Shown here in pieces: positions 15,001-28,100 of a stretch of 64,000 nucleotides of DNA (position 1 is its first letter; the number at the start of each line of letters is the position of its first letter). The notes below the pieces were generated by a model that saw only the letters and a list, made by a program, of their open reading frames with translations, was not told where the DNA came from and did not search any database. This DNA comes from Lytechinus pictus (taxonomy: Eukaryota), in contig NC_087251.1 of NCBI RefSeq assembly GCF_037042905.1, forward strand, positions 28,770,001-28,834,000. Direction: 5' to 3'. The position numbers were made by a program, and so were the translations under genes.

Positions 15001-16160
15001 GATTATTACAGTGAAAATCAAGAGGATCCAGGGAGTTTGAATTTTCGACCCCCTCGCCCCACCCGCGACATGAAAAATTGGGCAAAATTGGCCAAAATTG
15101 AGCAAAATAATATTTGTTCAATATTTCCCCCGAAACCCCCCCAAATCAGCCGTCCTTGCTTCCTGGGATGTTTTAGCATCCTAACCGATTATTACAGCGA
15201 GAATCAAGAGGATCCAGGGAGTTTGAATTTTCGACCCCCTCGCCCCACCCGCGACATGAAAAATTGGGCAAAATTGGCCAAAATTTAGCAAAATAATATT
15301 TGTTCAATATTTCCCCCGAAACCCCCCCAATCAGCCGTCTTTGCTCCCTGGGTTGTTTTAGCATCCTAACCGATTATTACAGCGAGAATCAAGAGGATCC
15401 AGGGAGTTTGAATTTTCGACCCCATTGCCCCACCCGCGACATGGAAAATTGGGCAAAATTGGCCAAAATTGAGCAAAATAATATTTGTTCAACATTTCCC
15501 CCGAAACCCCCCCAAATCAGCCGTCTTCGCTCCTTGGGATGTTTTAGCATCCTAACCGATTATTAAAGCAAGAATCAAGAGGATCCAGGGACTTTAAAAT
15601 TTCGACCCCCTCGCCCCACCCGCAACGTGGAAAATTGGGCAAAATTAGCCAAAATTGAGCAAAATAATATTTGTTCAACATTTCCCCGAAACCCCCCCCA
15701 AATCAGCCGTCTTTGCTCCCTGGGATGTTTTAGCATCCTAACAGATTATTACAGCGAGAATCAAGAGGATCCAGGGAGTTTGATTTTTCGACCCCCTCGC
15801 CCCACCCGCGACATGGAAAATTGGGCAAAATTGGCCAAAATTGAGGAAAATAATATTTGTTCAATATTTCCCCCGAAACCCCCCCAAATCAGCCGTCTTC
15901 GTTCCCTGGGATGTTTTAGCATCCTAACCGATTATTACAGCGAGATTCAAGAGGATCCAGGGAGTTTGAATTTTCGACCCCCTCGCCCCACCCGCGACAT
16001 GGAAAATTGGGCAAAATTGGCCAAAATTGAGCAAAATAATATTTGTTCAATATTTCCCCCGAAACTCCCCCAAATCAGCCGTCTTCGCTCCCTGGGATGT
16101 TTTAGCATACTAACCGATTATTACAGTGAAAATCAAGAGAATCAAGAGGATCCAGGGAGT

Positions 16161-19100
16161 TTGAATTTTCGACCCCATTGCCCCACCCGCGACATGGAAA
16201 ATTGGGCAAAATTGGCCAAAATTGAGCAAAATAATATTTGTTCAACATTTCCCCCGAAACCCCCCCAAATCAGCCGTCTTCGCTCCCTGGGATGTTTTAG
16301 CATCCTAACCGATTATTACAGCGAGAATCAAGAGGATCCAGAGAGTTTGAATTTTCGACCCCCTCGCCCCACCCGTGACATGGAAAATTGGGCAAAATTG
16401 TGCAAAATTGAGCAAAATAATATTTGTTCAATATTTCCCCCGAAACCCCCCCAAATCAGCCGTCCTCGCTTCCTGGGATGTTTTAGCATCCTAACCGATT
16501 ATTACAGCGAGAATCAAGAGGATCCAGGGAGTTTGAATTTTCGACCCGCTCGCCCCACCCGCGACATGAAAAATTGGGCAAAATTGGCCAAAATTGAGCA
16601 AAATAATATTTGTTCAACATTTCCCCCGAAACCCCCCCAAATCAGCCGTCTTCGCTCCCTGGGATGTTTTAGCATCCTAACCGATTATTACAGCGAGAAT
16701 CAAGAGGATCCAGAGAGTTTGAATTTTCGACCCCCTCGCCCCACCCGCGACATGGAAAATTGGGCAAAATTGGCCAAAATTGAGCAAAATAATATTTGTT
16801 CAATATTTCCCCCTAAACCCCCCCAAATCAGCCGTCCTTGCTTCCTGGGATGTTTTAGCATCCTAACCGATTATTACAGCGAGAATCAAGAGGATCCAGG
16901 GAGTTTGAATTTTCGACCCCCTCGCCCCACCCGCGACATGAAAAATTGGGCAAAATTGGCCAAAATTGAGCAAAATAATATTTGTTCAATATTTCCCCCG
17001 AAACCCCCCCAATCAGCCGTCTTTGCTCCCTGGGTTGTTTTAGCATCCTAACCGATTATTACAGCGAGAATCAAGAGGATCCAGGGAGTTTGAATTTTCG
17101 ACCCCATTGCCCCACCCGCGACATGGAAAATTGGGCAAAATTGGCCAAAATTGAGCAAAATAATATTTGTTCAACATTTCCCCCGAAACCCCCCCAAATC
17201 AGCCGTCTTCGCTCCCTGGGATGTTTTAGCATACTAACCGATTATTACAGTGAAAATCAAGAGAATCAAGAGGATCCAGGGAGTAAGAATTTTCGACCCC
17301 CTCGCCCCACCCGCGACATGGAAAATTGGGCAAAATTTGCCAAAATTGAGCAAAATAATATTTGTTCAATATTTCCCCCTAAACCCCCCCAAATCAGCCG
17401 TCCTTGCTTCCTGGGATGTTTTAGCATCCTAACCGATTATTACAGCGAGAATCAAGAGGATCCAGGGAGTTTGAATTTTCGACCCCCTCGCCCCACCCGC
17501 GACATGAAAAATTGGGCAAAATTGGCCAAAATTGAGCAAAATAATATTTGTTCAATATTTCCCCCGAAACCCCCCCAATCAGCCGTCTTTGCTCCCTGGG
17601 TTGTTTTAGCATCCTAACCGATTATTACAGCGAGAATCAAGAGGATCCAGGGAGTTTGAATTTTCGACCCCATTGCCCCACCCGCGACATGGAAAATTGG
17701 GCAAAATTGGCCAAAATTGAGCAAAATAATATTTGTTCAACATTTCCCCCGAAACCCCCCCAAATCAGCCGTCTTCGCTCCCTGGGATGTTTTAGCATCC
17801 TAACCGATTATTACAGCGAGAATCAAGAGGATCCAGAGAGTTTGAATTTTCGACCCCCTCGCCCCACCCGCGACATGGAAAATTGGGCAAAATTGGCCAA
17901 AATTGAGCAAAATAATATTTGTTCAATATTTCCCCCGAAACCCCCCCAAATCAGCCGTCCTCGCTTCCTAGGATGTTTTAGCATCCTAACCGATTATTAC
18001 AGTGAAAATCAAGAGAATCAAGAGGATCCAGGGAGTAAGAATTTTCGACCCCCTCGCCCCACCCGCGACATGGAAAATTGGGCAAAATTTGCCAAAATTG
18101 AGCAAAATAATATTTGTTCAATATTTCCCCCTAAACCCCCCCAAATCAGCCGTCCTCGCTTCCTGGGATGTTTTAGCATCCTAACCGATTATTACAGCGA
18201 GAATCAAGAGGATCCAGGGAGTTTGAATTTTCGACCCCCTCGCCCCACCCGCGACATGAAAATTTGGGCAAAATTGGCCAAAATTGAGCAAAATAATATT
18301 TGTTCAATATTTCCCCCGAAACCCCCCCAATCAGCCGTCTTTGGTCCCTGGGATGTTTTAGCATCCTAACCGATTATTACAGCGAGAATCAAGAGGATCC
18401 AGGGAGTTTGAATTTTCGACCCCATTGCCCCACCCGCGACATGGAAAATTGGCCAAAATTGAGCAAAATAATATTTGTTCAACATTTCCCCCGAAACCCC
18501 CCCAAATCAGCCGTCTTCGCTCCCTGGGATGTTTTCGCATCCTAATCGATTATTACAGTGAGAATCAAGAGGATCCAGGGAATTTGAATTTTCGACCCCC
18601 TCGCCCCACCCGCGACATGGAAAATTGGGCAAAATTGGCCAAAATTGAGCAAAATATTATTTGTTCAATATTTTCCCCGAAACCCCCCCAAATCAGCCGT
18701 CTTCGCTCCCTGGAATGTTTTAGCATCCTAACCGATTATTACAGCGAGAATCATGAGGATCCAGGGAGTTTGAATTTTCGACCCCCTCGCCCCACCCGCG
18801 ACATGAAAAATTTGGCAAAATTGAGCAAAATAATATTTGTTCAATATTTCCCCCGAAACCCCCCCCCCAAATCAGCCGTCTTCGCTCCTTGGGATGTTTT
18901 AGCATCCTAACCGATTATTAAAGCAAGAATCAAGAGGATCCAGGGACTTTAAAATTTCGACCCCCTCGCCCCACCCGCAACGTGGAAAATTGGGCAAAAT
19001 TAGCCAAAATTGAGCAAAATAATATTTGTTCAACATTTCCCCGAAACCCCCCCCAAATCAGCCGTCTTTGCTCCCTGGGATGTTTTAGCATCCTAACAGA

Positions 19101-22100
19101 TTATTACAGCGAGAATCAAGAGGATCCAGGGAGTTTGATTTTTCGACCCCCTCGCCCCACCCGCGACATGGAAAATTGGGCAAAATTGGCCAAAATTGAG
19201 GAAAATAATATTTGTTCAATATTTCCCCCGAAACCCCCCCAAATCAGCCGTCTTCGCTCCCTGGGATGTTTTAGCATCCTAACCGATTATTACAGCGAGA
19301 TTCAAGAGGATCCAGGGAGTTTGAATTTTCGACCCCCTCGCCCCACCCGCGACATGGAAAATTGGGCAAAATTGGCCAAAATTGAGCAAAATAATATTTG
19401 TTCAATATTTTCCCTGAAACCCCCCCAAATCAGCCGTCTTCGCTCCCTGGAATGTTTTAGCATCCTAACCGATTATTACAGCGAGAATCATGAGGATCCA
19501 GGGAGTTTGAATTTTCGACCCCCTCGCCCCACCCGCGACATGAAAAATTTGGCAAAATTGGCCAAAATTGAGCAAAATAATATTTGTTCAATATTTCCCC
19601 CGAAACCCCCCCCGAAATCAGCCGTCTTCGCTCCTTGGGATGTTTTAGCATCCTAACCGATTATTAAAGCAAGAATCAAGAGGATCCAGGGACTTTAAAA
19701 TTTCGACCAACTCGCCCCACCCGCAACGTGGAAAATTGGGCAAAATTAGCCAAAATTGAGCAAAATAATATTTGTTCAATATTTCCCCCGAAACTCCCCC
19801 AAATCAGCCGTCTTCGCTCCCTGGGATGTTTTAGCATACTAACCGATTATTACAGTGAAAATCAAGAGAATCAAGAGGATCCAGGGAGTAAGAATTTTCG
19901 ACCCCCTCGCCCCACCCGCTACATGGAAAATTGAGCAAAATTGGCCAAAATTGAGCAAAATAATATTTGTTCAATATTTTCCCCGAAACCCCCCCAAATC
20001 AGCCGTCTTCGCTCCATGGAATGTTTTAGCATCCTAACCGATTATTACAGCGAGAATCATGAGGATCCAGGGAGTTTGAATTTTCGACCCCCTCGCCCCA
20101 CCCGCGACATGAAAAATTTGGCAAAATTGGCCAAAATTGAGCAAAATAATATTTGTTCAATATTTCCCCCGAAACCCCCCCCGAAATCAGCCGTCTTCGC
20201 TCCTTGGGATGTTTTAGCATCCTAACCGATTATTAAAGCAAGAATCAAGAGGATCCAGGGACTTTAAAATTTCGACCAACTCGCCCCACCCGCAACGTGG
20301 AAAATTGGGCAAAATTAGCCAAAATTGAGCAAAATAATATTTGTTCAACATTTCCCCGAAACCCCCCCCAAATCAGCCGTCTTTGCTCCCTTGGATGTTT
20401 TAGCATCCTAACAGATTATTACAGCGAGAATCAAGAGGATCCAGGGAGTTTGATTTTTCGACCCCCTCGCCCCACCCGCGACATGGAAAATTGGGCAAAA
20501 TTGGCCAAAATTGAGGAAAATAATATTTGTTCAATATTTCCCCCGAAACCCCCCCAAATCAGCCGTCTTCGCTCCCTGGGATGTTTTAGCATCCTAACCG
20601 ATTATTACAGCAAGATTCAAGAGGATCCAGGGAGTTTGAATTTTCGACCCCCTCGCCCCACCCGCGACATGGAAAATTGGGCAAAATTGGCAAAAATTGG
20701 CCAAAATTGAGCAAAATAATATTTGTTCAACATTTCCCCCGAAACCCCCCAAATCAGCCGTCTTCGCTCCCTGGGATGTTTTAGCATCCTAACAGATTAT
20801 TACAGCGAGAATCAAGAGGATCCAGAGAGTTTGAATTTTCGACCCCCTCGCCCCACCCGCGACATGGAAAATTGGGCAAAATTGGCCAAAATTGAGCAAA
20901 ATAATATTTGTTCAATATTTCCCCCGAAACCCCCCCAAATCAGCCGTCTTCGCTCCCTGGGATGTTTTAGCATACTAACCGATTATTACAGTGAAAATCA
21001 AGAGAATCAAGAGGATCCAGGGAGTAAGAATTTTCGACCCCCTCGCCCCACCCGCGACATGGAAAATTGGGCAAAATTTGCCAAAATTGAGCAAAATAAT
21101 ATTTGTTCAATATTTCCCCCTAAACCCCCCCAAATCAGCCGTCCTTGCTTCCTGGGATGTTTTAGCATCCTAACCGATTATTACAGCGAGAATCAAGAGG
21201 ATCCAGGGAGTTTGAATTTTCGACCCCCTCGCCCCACCCGCGACATGAAAAATTGGGCAAAATTGGCCAAAATTGAGCAAAATAATATTTGTTCAATATT
21301 TCCCCCGAAACCCCCCCAATCAGCCGTCTTTGCTCCCTGGGTTGTTTTAGCATCCTAACCGATTATTACAGCGAGAATCAAGAGGATCCAGGGAGTTTGA
21401 ATTTTCGACCCCATTGCCCCACCCGCGACATGGAAAATTGGGCAAAATTGGCCAAAATTGGCCAAAATTGAGCAAAATAATATTTGTTCAACATTTCCCC
21501 CGAAACCCCCCAAATCAGCCGTCTTCGCTCCCTGGGATGTTTTAGCATCCTAACAGATTATTACAGCGAGAATCAAGAGGATCCAGAGAGTTTGAATTTT
21601 CGACCCCCTCGCCCCACCCGCGACATGGAAAATTGGGCAAAATCGTGCAAAATTGAGCAAAATAATATTTGTTCAATATTTCCCCCGAAACCCCCCCAAA
21701 TCAGCCGTCTTCGCTCCCTGGGATGTTTTAGCATACTAACCGATTATTACAGTGAAAATCAAGAGAATCAAGAGGATCCAGGGAGTAAGAATTTTCGACC
21801 CCCTCGCCCCACCCGCGACATGGAAAATTGGGCAAAATTTGCCAAAATTGAGCAAAATAATATTTGTTCAATATTTCCCCCTAAACCCCCCCAAATCAGC
21901 CGTCCTTGCTTCCTGGGATGTTTTAGCATCCTAACCGATTATTACAGCGAGAATCAAGAGGATCCAGGGAGTTTGAATTTTCGACCCCCTCGCCCCACCC
22001 GCGACATGAAAAATTGGGCAAAATTGGCCAAAATTGAGCAAAATAATATTTGTTCAATATTTCCCCCGAAACCCCCCCAATCAGCCGTCTTTGCTCCCTG

Positions 22101-25100
22101 GGTTGTTTTAGCATCCTAACCGATTATTACAGCGAGAATCAAGAGGATCCAGGGAGTTTGAATTTTCGACCCCATTGCCCCACCCGCGACATGGAAAATT
22201 GGGCAAAATTGGCCAAAATTGAGCAAAATAATATTTGTTCAACATTTCCCCCAAAACCCCCCCAAATCAGCCGTCTTCGCTCCCTGGGATGTTTTAGCAT
22301 ACTAACCGATTATTACAGCGAGAATCAAGAGGATCCAGAGAGTTTGAATTTTCGACCCCCTCGCCCCACCCGCGACATGGAAAATTGGGCAAAATTGTGC
22401 AAAATTGAGCAAAATAATATTTGTTCAATATTTCCCCCGAAACCCCCCCAAATCAGCCGTCCTCGCTTCCTGGGATGTTTTAGCATCCTAACCGATTATT
22501 ACAGTGAAAATCAAGAGAATCAAGAGGATCCAGGGAGTAAGAATTTTCGACCCCCTCGCCCCACCCGCGACATGGAAAATTGGGCAAAATTTGCCAAAAT
22601 TGAGCAAAATAATATTTGTTCAATATTTCCCCCTAAAGCCCCCCAAATCAGCCGTCCTCGCTTCCTGGGATGTTTTAGCATCCTAACCGATTATTACAGC
22701 GAGAATCAAGAGGATCCAGGGAGTTTGAATTTTCGACCCCCTCGCCCCACCCGCGACATGAAAAATTGGGCAAAATTGGGCAAAATTGAGCAAAATAATA
22801 TTTGTTCAATATTTCCCCCGAAACCCCCCCAATCAGCCGTCTTTGGTCCCTGGGATGTTTTAGCATCCTAACCGATTATTACAGCGAGAATCAAGAGGAT
22901 CCAGGGAGTTTGAATTTTCGACCCCATTGCCCCACCCGCGACATGGAAAATTGGCCAAAATTGAGCAAAATAATATTTGTTCAACATTTCCCCCGAAACC
23001 CCCCAAAATCAGCCGTCTTCGCTCCCTGGGATGTTTTCGCATCCTAATCGATTATTACAGTGAGAATCAAGAGGATCCAGGGAATTTGAATTTTCGACCC
23101 CCTCGCCCCACCCGCGACATGGAAAATTGGGCAAAATTGGCCAAAATTGAGCAAAATATTATTTGTTCAATATTTTCCCCGAAACCCCCCCAAATCAGCC
23201 GTCTTCGCTCCCTGGAATGTTTTAGCATCCTAACCGATTATTACAGCGAGAATCATGAGGATCCAGGGAGTTTGAATTTTCGACCCCCTCGCCCCACCCG
23301 CGACATGAAAAATTTGGCAAAATTTGCCAAAATTGAGCAAAATAATATTTGTTCAATATTTCCCCCGAAACCCCCCCCCCCAAATCAGCCGTCTTCGCTC
23401 CTTGGGATGTTTTAGCATCCTAACCGATTATTAAAGCAAGAATCAAGAGGATCCAGGGACTTTAAAATTTCGACCCCCTCGCCCCACCCGCAACGTGGAA
23501 AATTGGGCAAAATTAGCCAAAATTGAGCAAAATAATATTTGTTCAACATTTCCCCGAAACCCCCCCCAAATCAGCCGTCTTTGCTCCCTGGGATGTTTTA
23601 GCATCCTAACAGATTATTACAGCGAGAATCAAGAGGATCCAGGGAGTTTGATTTTTCGACCCCCTCGCCCCACCCGCGACATGGAAAATTGGGCAAAATT
23701 GGCCAAAATTGAGGAAAATAATATTTGTTCAATATTTCCCCCGAAACCCCCCCAAATCAGCCGTCTTCGTTCCCTGGGATGTTTTAGCATCCTAACCGAA
23801 TATTACAGCGAGATTCAAGAGGATCCAGGGAGTTTGAATTTTCGACCCCCTCGCCCCACCCGCGACATGGAAAATTGGGCAAAATTGGCCAAAATTGAGC
23901 AAAATAATATTTGTTCAATATTTCCCCCGAAACTCCCCCAAATCAGCCGTCTTCGCTCCCTGGGATGTTTTAGCATACTAACCGATTATTACAGTGAAAA
24001 TCAAGAGAATCAAGAGGATCCAGGGAGTAAGAATTTTCGACCCCCTCGCCCCACCCGCTACATGGAAAATTGAGCAAAATTGGCCAAAATTGAGCAAAAT
24101 AATATTTGTTCAATATTTCCCCCTTAAACCCCCCCAAATCAGCCGTCCTTGCTTCCTGGGATGTTTTAGCATCCTAACCGATTATTACAGCGAGAATCAA
24201 GAGGATCCAGGGAGTTTGAATTTTCGACCCCCTCGCCCCACCCGCGACATGAAAAATTGGGCAAAATTGGCCAAAATTGAGCAAAATAATATTTGTTCAA
24301 TATTTCCCCCGAAACCCCCCCAAATCAGCCGTCCTTGCTTCCTGGGATGTTTTAGCATCCTAACCGATTATTACAGTGAAAATCAAGAGGATCCAGGGAG
24401 TTTGAATTTTCGACCCCCTCGCCCCACCCGCTACATGGAAAATTGGGCAAAATTGGCCAAAATTGAGCAAAATAATATTTGTTCAATATTTCCCCCTAAA
24501 CCCCCCCAAATCAGCCGTCCTTGCTTCCTGGGATGTTTTAGCATCCTAACCGATTATTACAGCGAGAATCAAGAGGATCCAGGGAGTTTGAATTTTCGAC
24601 CCCCTCGCCCCACCCGCGACATGAAAAATTGGGCAAAATTGGCCAAAATTGAGCAAAATAATATTTGTTCAATATTTCCCCCGAAACCCCCCCAATCAGC
24701 CGTCTTTGCTCCCTGGGTTGTTTTAGCATCCTAACCGATTATTACAGCGAGAATCAAGAGGATCTAGGGAGTTTGAATTTTCGACCCCATTGCCCCACCC
24801 GGCGACATGGAAAATTGGGCAAAATTGGCCAAAATTGAGCAAAATAATATTTGTTCAACATTTCCCCCGAAACCCCCCAAATCAGCCGTCTTCGCTCCCT
24901 GGGATGTTTTAGCATCCTAACAGATTATTACAGCGAGAATCAAGAGGATCCAGAGAGTTTGAATTTTCGACCCCCTCGCCCCACCCGCGACATGGAAAAT
25001 TGGGCAAAATTGGCCAAAATTGAGCAAAATAATATTTGTTCAATATTTCCCCCGAAACCCCCCCAAATCAGCCGTCTTCGCTCCCTGGGATGTTTTAGCA

Positions 25101-28100
25101 TACTAACCGATTATTACAGTGAAAATCAAGAGAATCAAGAGGATCCAGGGAGTAAGAATTTTCGACCCCCTCGCCCCACCCGCGACATGGAAAATTGGGC
25201 AAAATTTGCCAAAATTGAGCAAAATAATATTTGTTCAATATTTCCCCCTAAACCCCCCCAAATCAGCCGTCCTTGCTTCCTGGGATGTTTTAGCATCCTA
25301 ACCGATTATTACAGCGAGAATCAAGAGGATCCAGGGAGTTTGAATTTTGGACCCCCTCGCCCCACCCGCGACATGAAAAATTGGGCAAAATTGGCCAAAA
25401 TTGAGCAAAATAATATTTGTTCAATATTTCCCCCGAAACCCCCCCAATCAGCCGTCTTTGCTCCCTGGGTTGTTTTAGCATCCTAACCGATTATTACAGC
25501 GAGAATCAAGAGGATCCAGGGAGTTTGAATTTTCGACCCCATTGCCCCACCCGCGACATGGAAAATTGGGCAAAATTGGGCAAAATTGGCCAAAATTGAG
25601 CAAAATAATATTTGTTCAACATTTCCCCCGAAACCCCCCAAATCAGCCGTCTTCGCTCCCTGGGATGTTTTAGCATCCTAACAGATTATTACAGCGAGAA
25701 TCAAGAGGATCCAGAGAGTTTGAATTTTCGACCCCCTCGCCCCACCCGCGACATGGAAAATTGGGCAAAATCGTGCAAAATTGAGCAAAATAATATTTGT
25801 TCAATATTTCCCCCGAAACCCCCCCAAATCAGCCGTCTTCGCTCCCTGGGATGTTTTAGCATACTAACCGATTATTACAGTGAAAATCAAGAGAATCAAG
25901 AGGATCCAGGGAGTAAGAATTTTCGACCCCCTCGCCCCACCCGCGACATGGAAAATTGGGCAAAATTTGCCAAAATTGAGCAAAATAATATTTGTTCAAT
26001 ATTTCCCCCTAAACCCCCCCAAATCAGCCGTCCTTGCTTCCTGGGATGTTTTAGCATCCTAACCGATTATTACAGCGAGAATCAAGAGGATCCAGGGAGT
26101 TTGAATTTTCGACCCCCTCGCCCCACCCGCGACATGAAAAATTGGGCAAAATTGGCCAAAATTGAGCAAAATAATATTTGTTCAATATTTCCCCCGAAAC
26201 CCCCCCAATCAGCCGTCTTTGCTCCCTGGGTTGTTTTAGCATCCTAACCGATTATTACAGCGAGAATCAAGAGGATCCAGGGAGTTTGAATTTTCGACCC
26301 CATTGCCCCACCCGCGACATGGAAAATTGGGCAAAATTGGCCAAAATTGAGCAAAATAATATTTGTTCAACATTTCCCCCGAAACCCCCCCAAATCAGCC
26401 GTCTTCGCTCCCTGGGATGTTTTAGCATCCTAACCGATTATTACAGCGAGAATCAAGAGGATCCAGAGAGTTTGAATTTTCGACCCCCTCGCCCCACCCG
26501 CGACATGGAAAATTGGGCAAAATTGTGCAAAATTGAGCAAAATAATATTTGTTCAATATTTCCCCCGAAACCCCCCCAAATCAGCCGTCCTCGCTTCCTG
26601 GGATGTTTTAGCATCCTAACCGATTATTACAGTGAAAATCAAGAGAATCAAGAGGATCCAGGGAGTAAGAATTTTCGACCCCCTCGCCCCACCCGCGACA
26701 TGGAAAATTGGGCAAAATTTGCCAAAATTGAGCAAAATAATATTTGTTCAATATTTCCCCCTAAAGCCCCCCAAATCAGCCGTCCTCGCTTCCTGGGATG
26801 TTTTAGCATCCTAACCGATTATTACAGCGAGAATCAAGAGGATCCAGGGTGTTTGAATTTTCGACCCCCTCGCCCCACCCGCGACATGAAAAATTGGGCA
26901 AAATTGGCCAAAATTGAGCAAAATAATATTTGTTCAATATTTCCCCCGAAACCCCCCCAATCAGCCGTCTTTGGTCCCTGGGATGTTTTAGCATCCTAAC
27001 CGATTATTACAGCGAGAATCAAGAGGATCCAGGGAGTTTGAATTTTCGACCCCATTGCCCCACCCGCGACATGGAAAATTGGCCAAAATTGAGCAAAATA
27101 ATATTTGTTCAACATTTCCCCCGAAACCCCCCCAAATCAGCCGTCTTCGCTCCCTGGGATGTTTTCGCATCCTAATCGATTATTACAGTGAGAATCAAGA
27201 GGATCCAGGGAATTTGAATTTTCGACCCCCTCGCCCCACCCGCGACATGGAAAATTGGGCAAAATTGGCCAAAATTGAGCAAAATATTATTTGTTCAATA
27301 TTTTCCCCGAAACCCCCCCAAATCAGCCGTCTTCGCTCCCTGGAATGTTTTAGCATCCTAACCGATTATTACAGCGAGAATCATGAGGATCCAGGGAGTT
27401 TGAATTTTCGACCCCCTCGCCCCACCCGCGACATGAAAAATTTGGCAAAATTTGCCAAAATTGAGCAAAATAATATTTGTTCAATATTTCCCCCGAAACC
27501 CCCCCCCCAAATCAGCCGTCTTCGCTCCTTGGGATGTTTTAGCATCCTAACCGATTATTAAAGCAAGAATCAAGAGGATCCAGGGACTTTAAAATTTCGA
27601 CCCCCTCGCCCCACCCGCAACGTGGAAAATTGGGCAAAATTAGCCAAAATTGAGCAAAATAATATTTGTTCAACATTTCCCCGAAACCCCCCCCAAATCA
27701 GCCGTCTTTGCTCCCTGGGATGTTTTAGCATCCTAACAGATTATTACAGCGAGAATCAAGAGGATCCAGGGAGTTTGATTTTTCGACCCCCTCGCCCCAC
27801 CCGCGACATGGAAAATTGGGCAAAATTGGCCAAAATTGAGGAAAATAATATTTGTTCAATATTTCCCCCGAAACCCCCCCAAATCAGCCGTCTTCGTTCC
27901 CTGGGATGTTTTAGCATCCTAACCGATTATTACAGCGAGATTCAAGAGGATCCAGGGAGTTTGAATTTTCGACCCCCTCGCCCCACCCGCGACATGGAAA
28001 ATTGGGCAAAATTGGCCAAAATTGAGCAAAATAATATTTGTTCAATATTTCCCCCGAAACTCCCCCAAATCAGCCGTCTTCGCTCCCTGGGATGTTTTAG

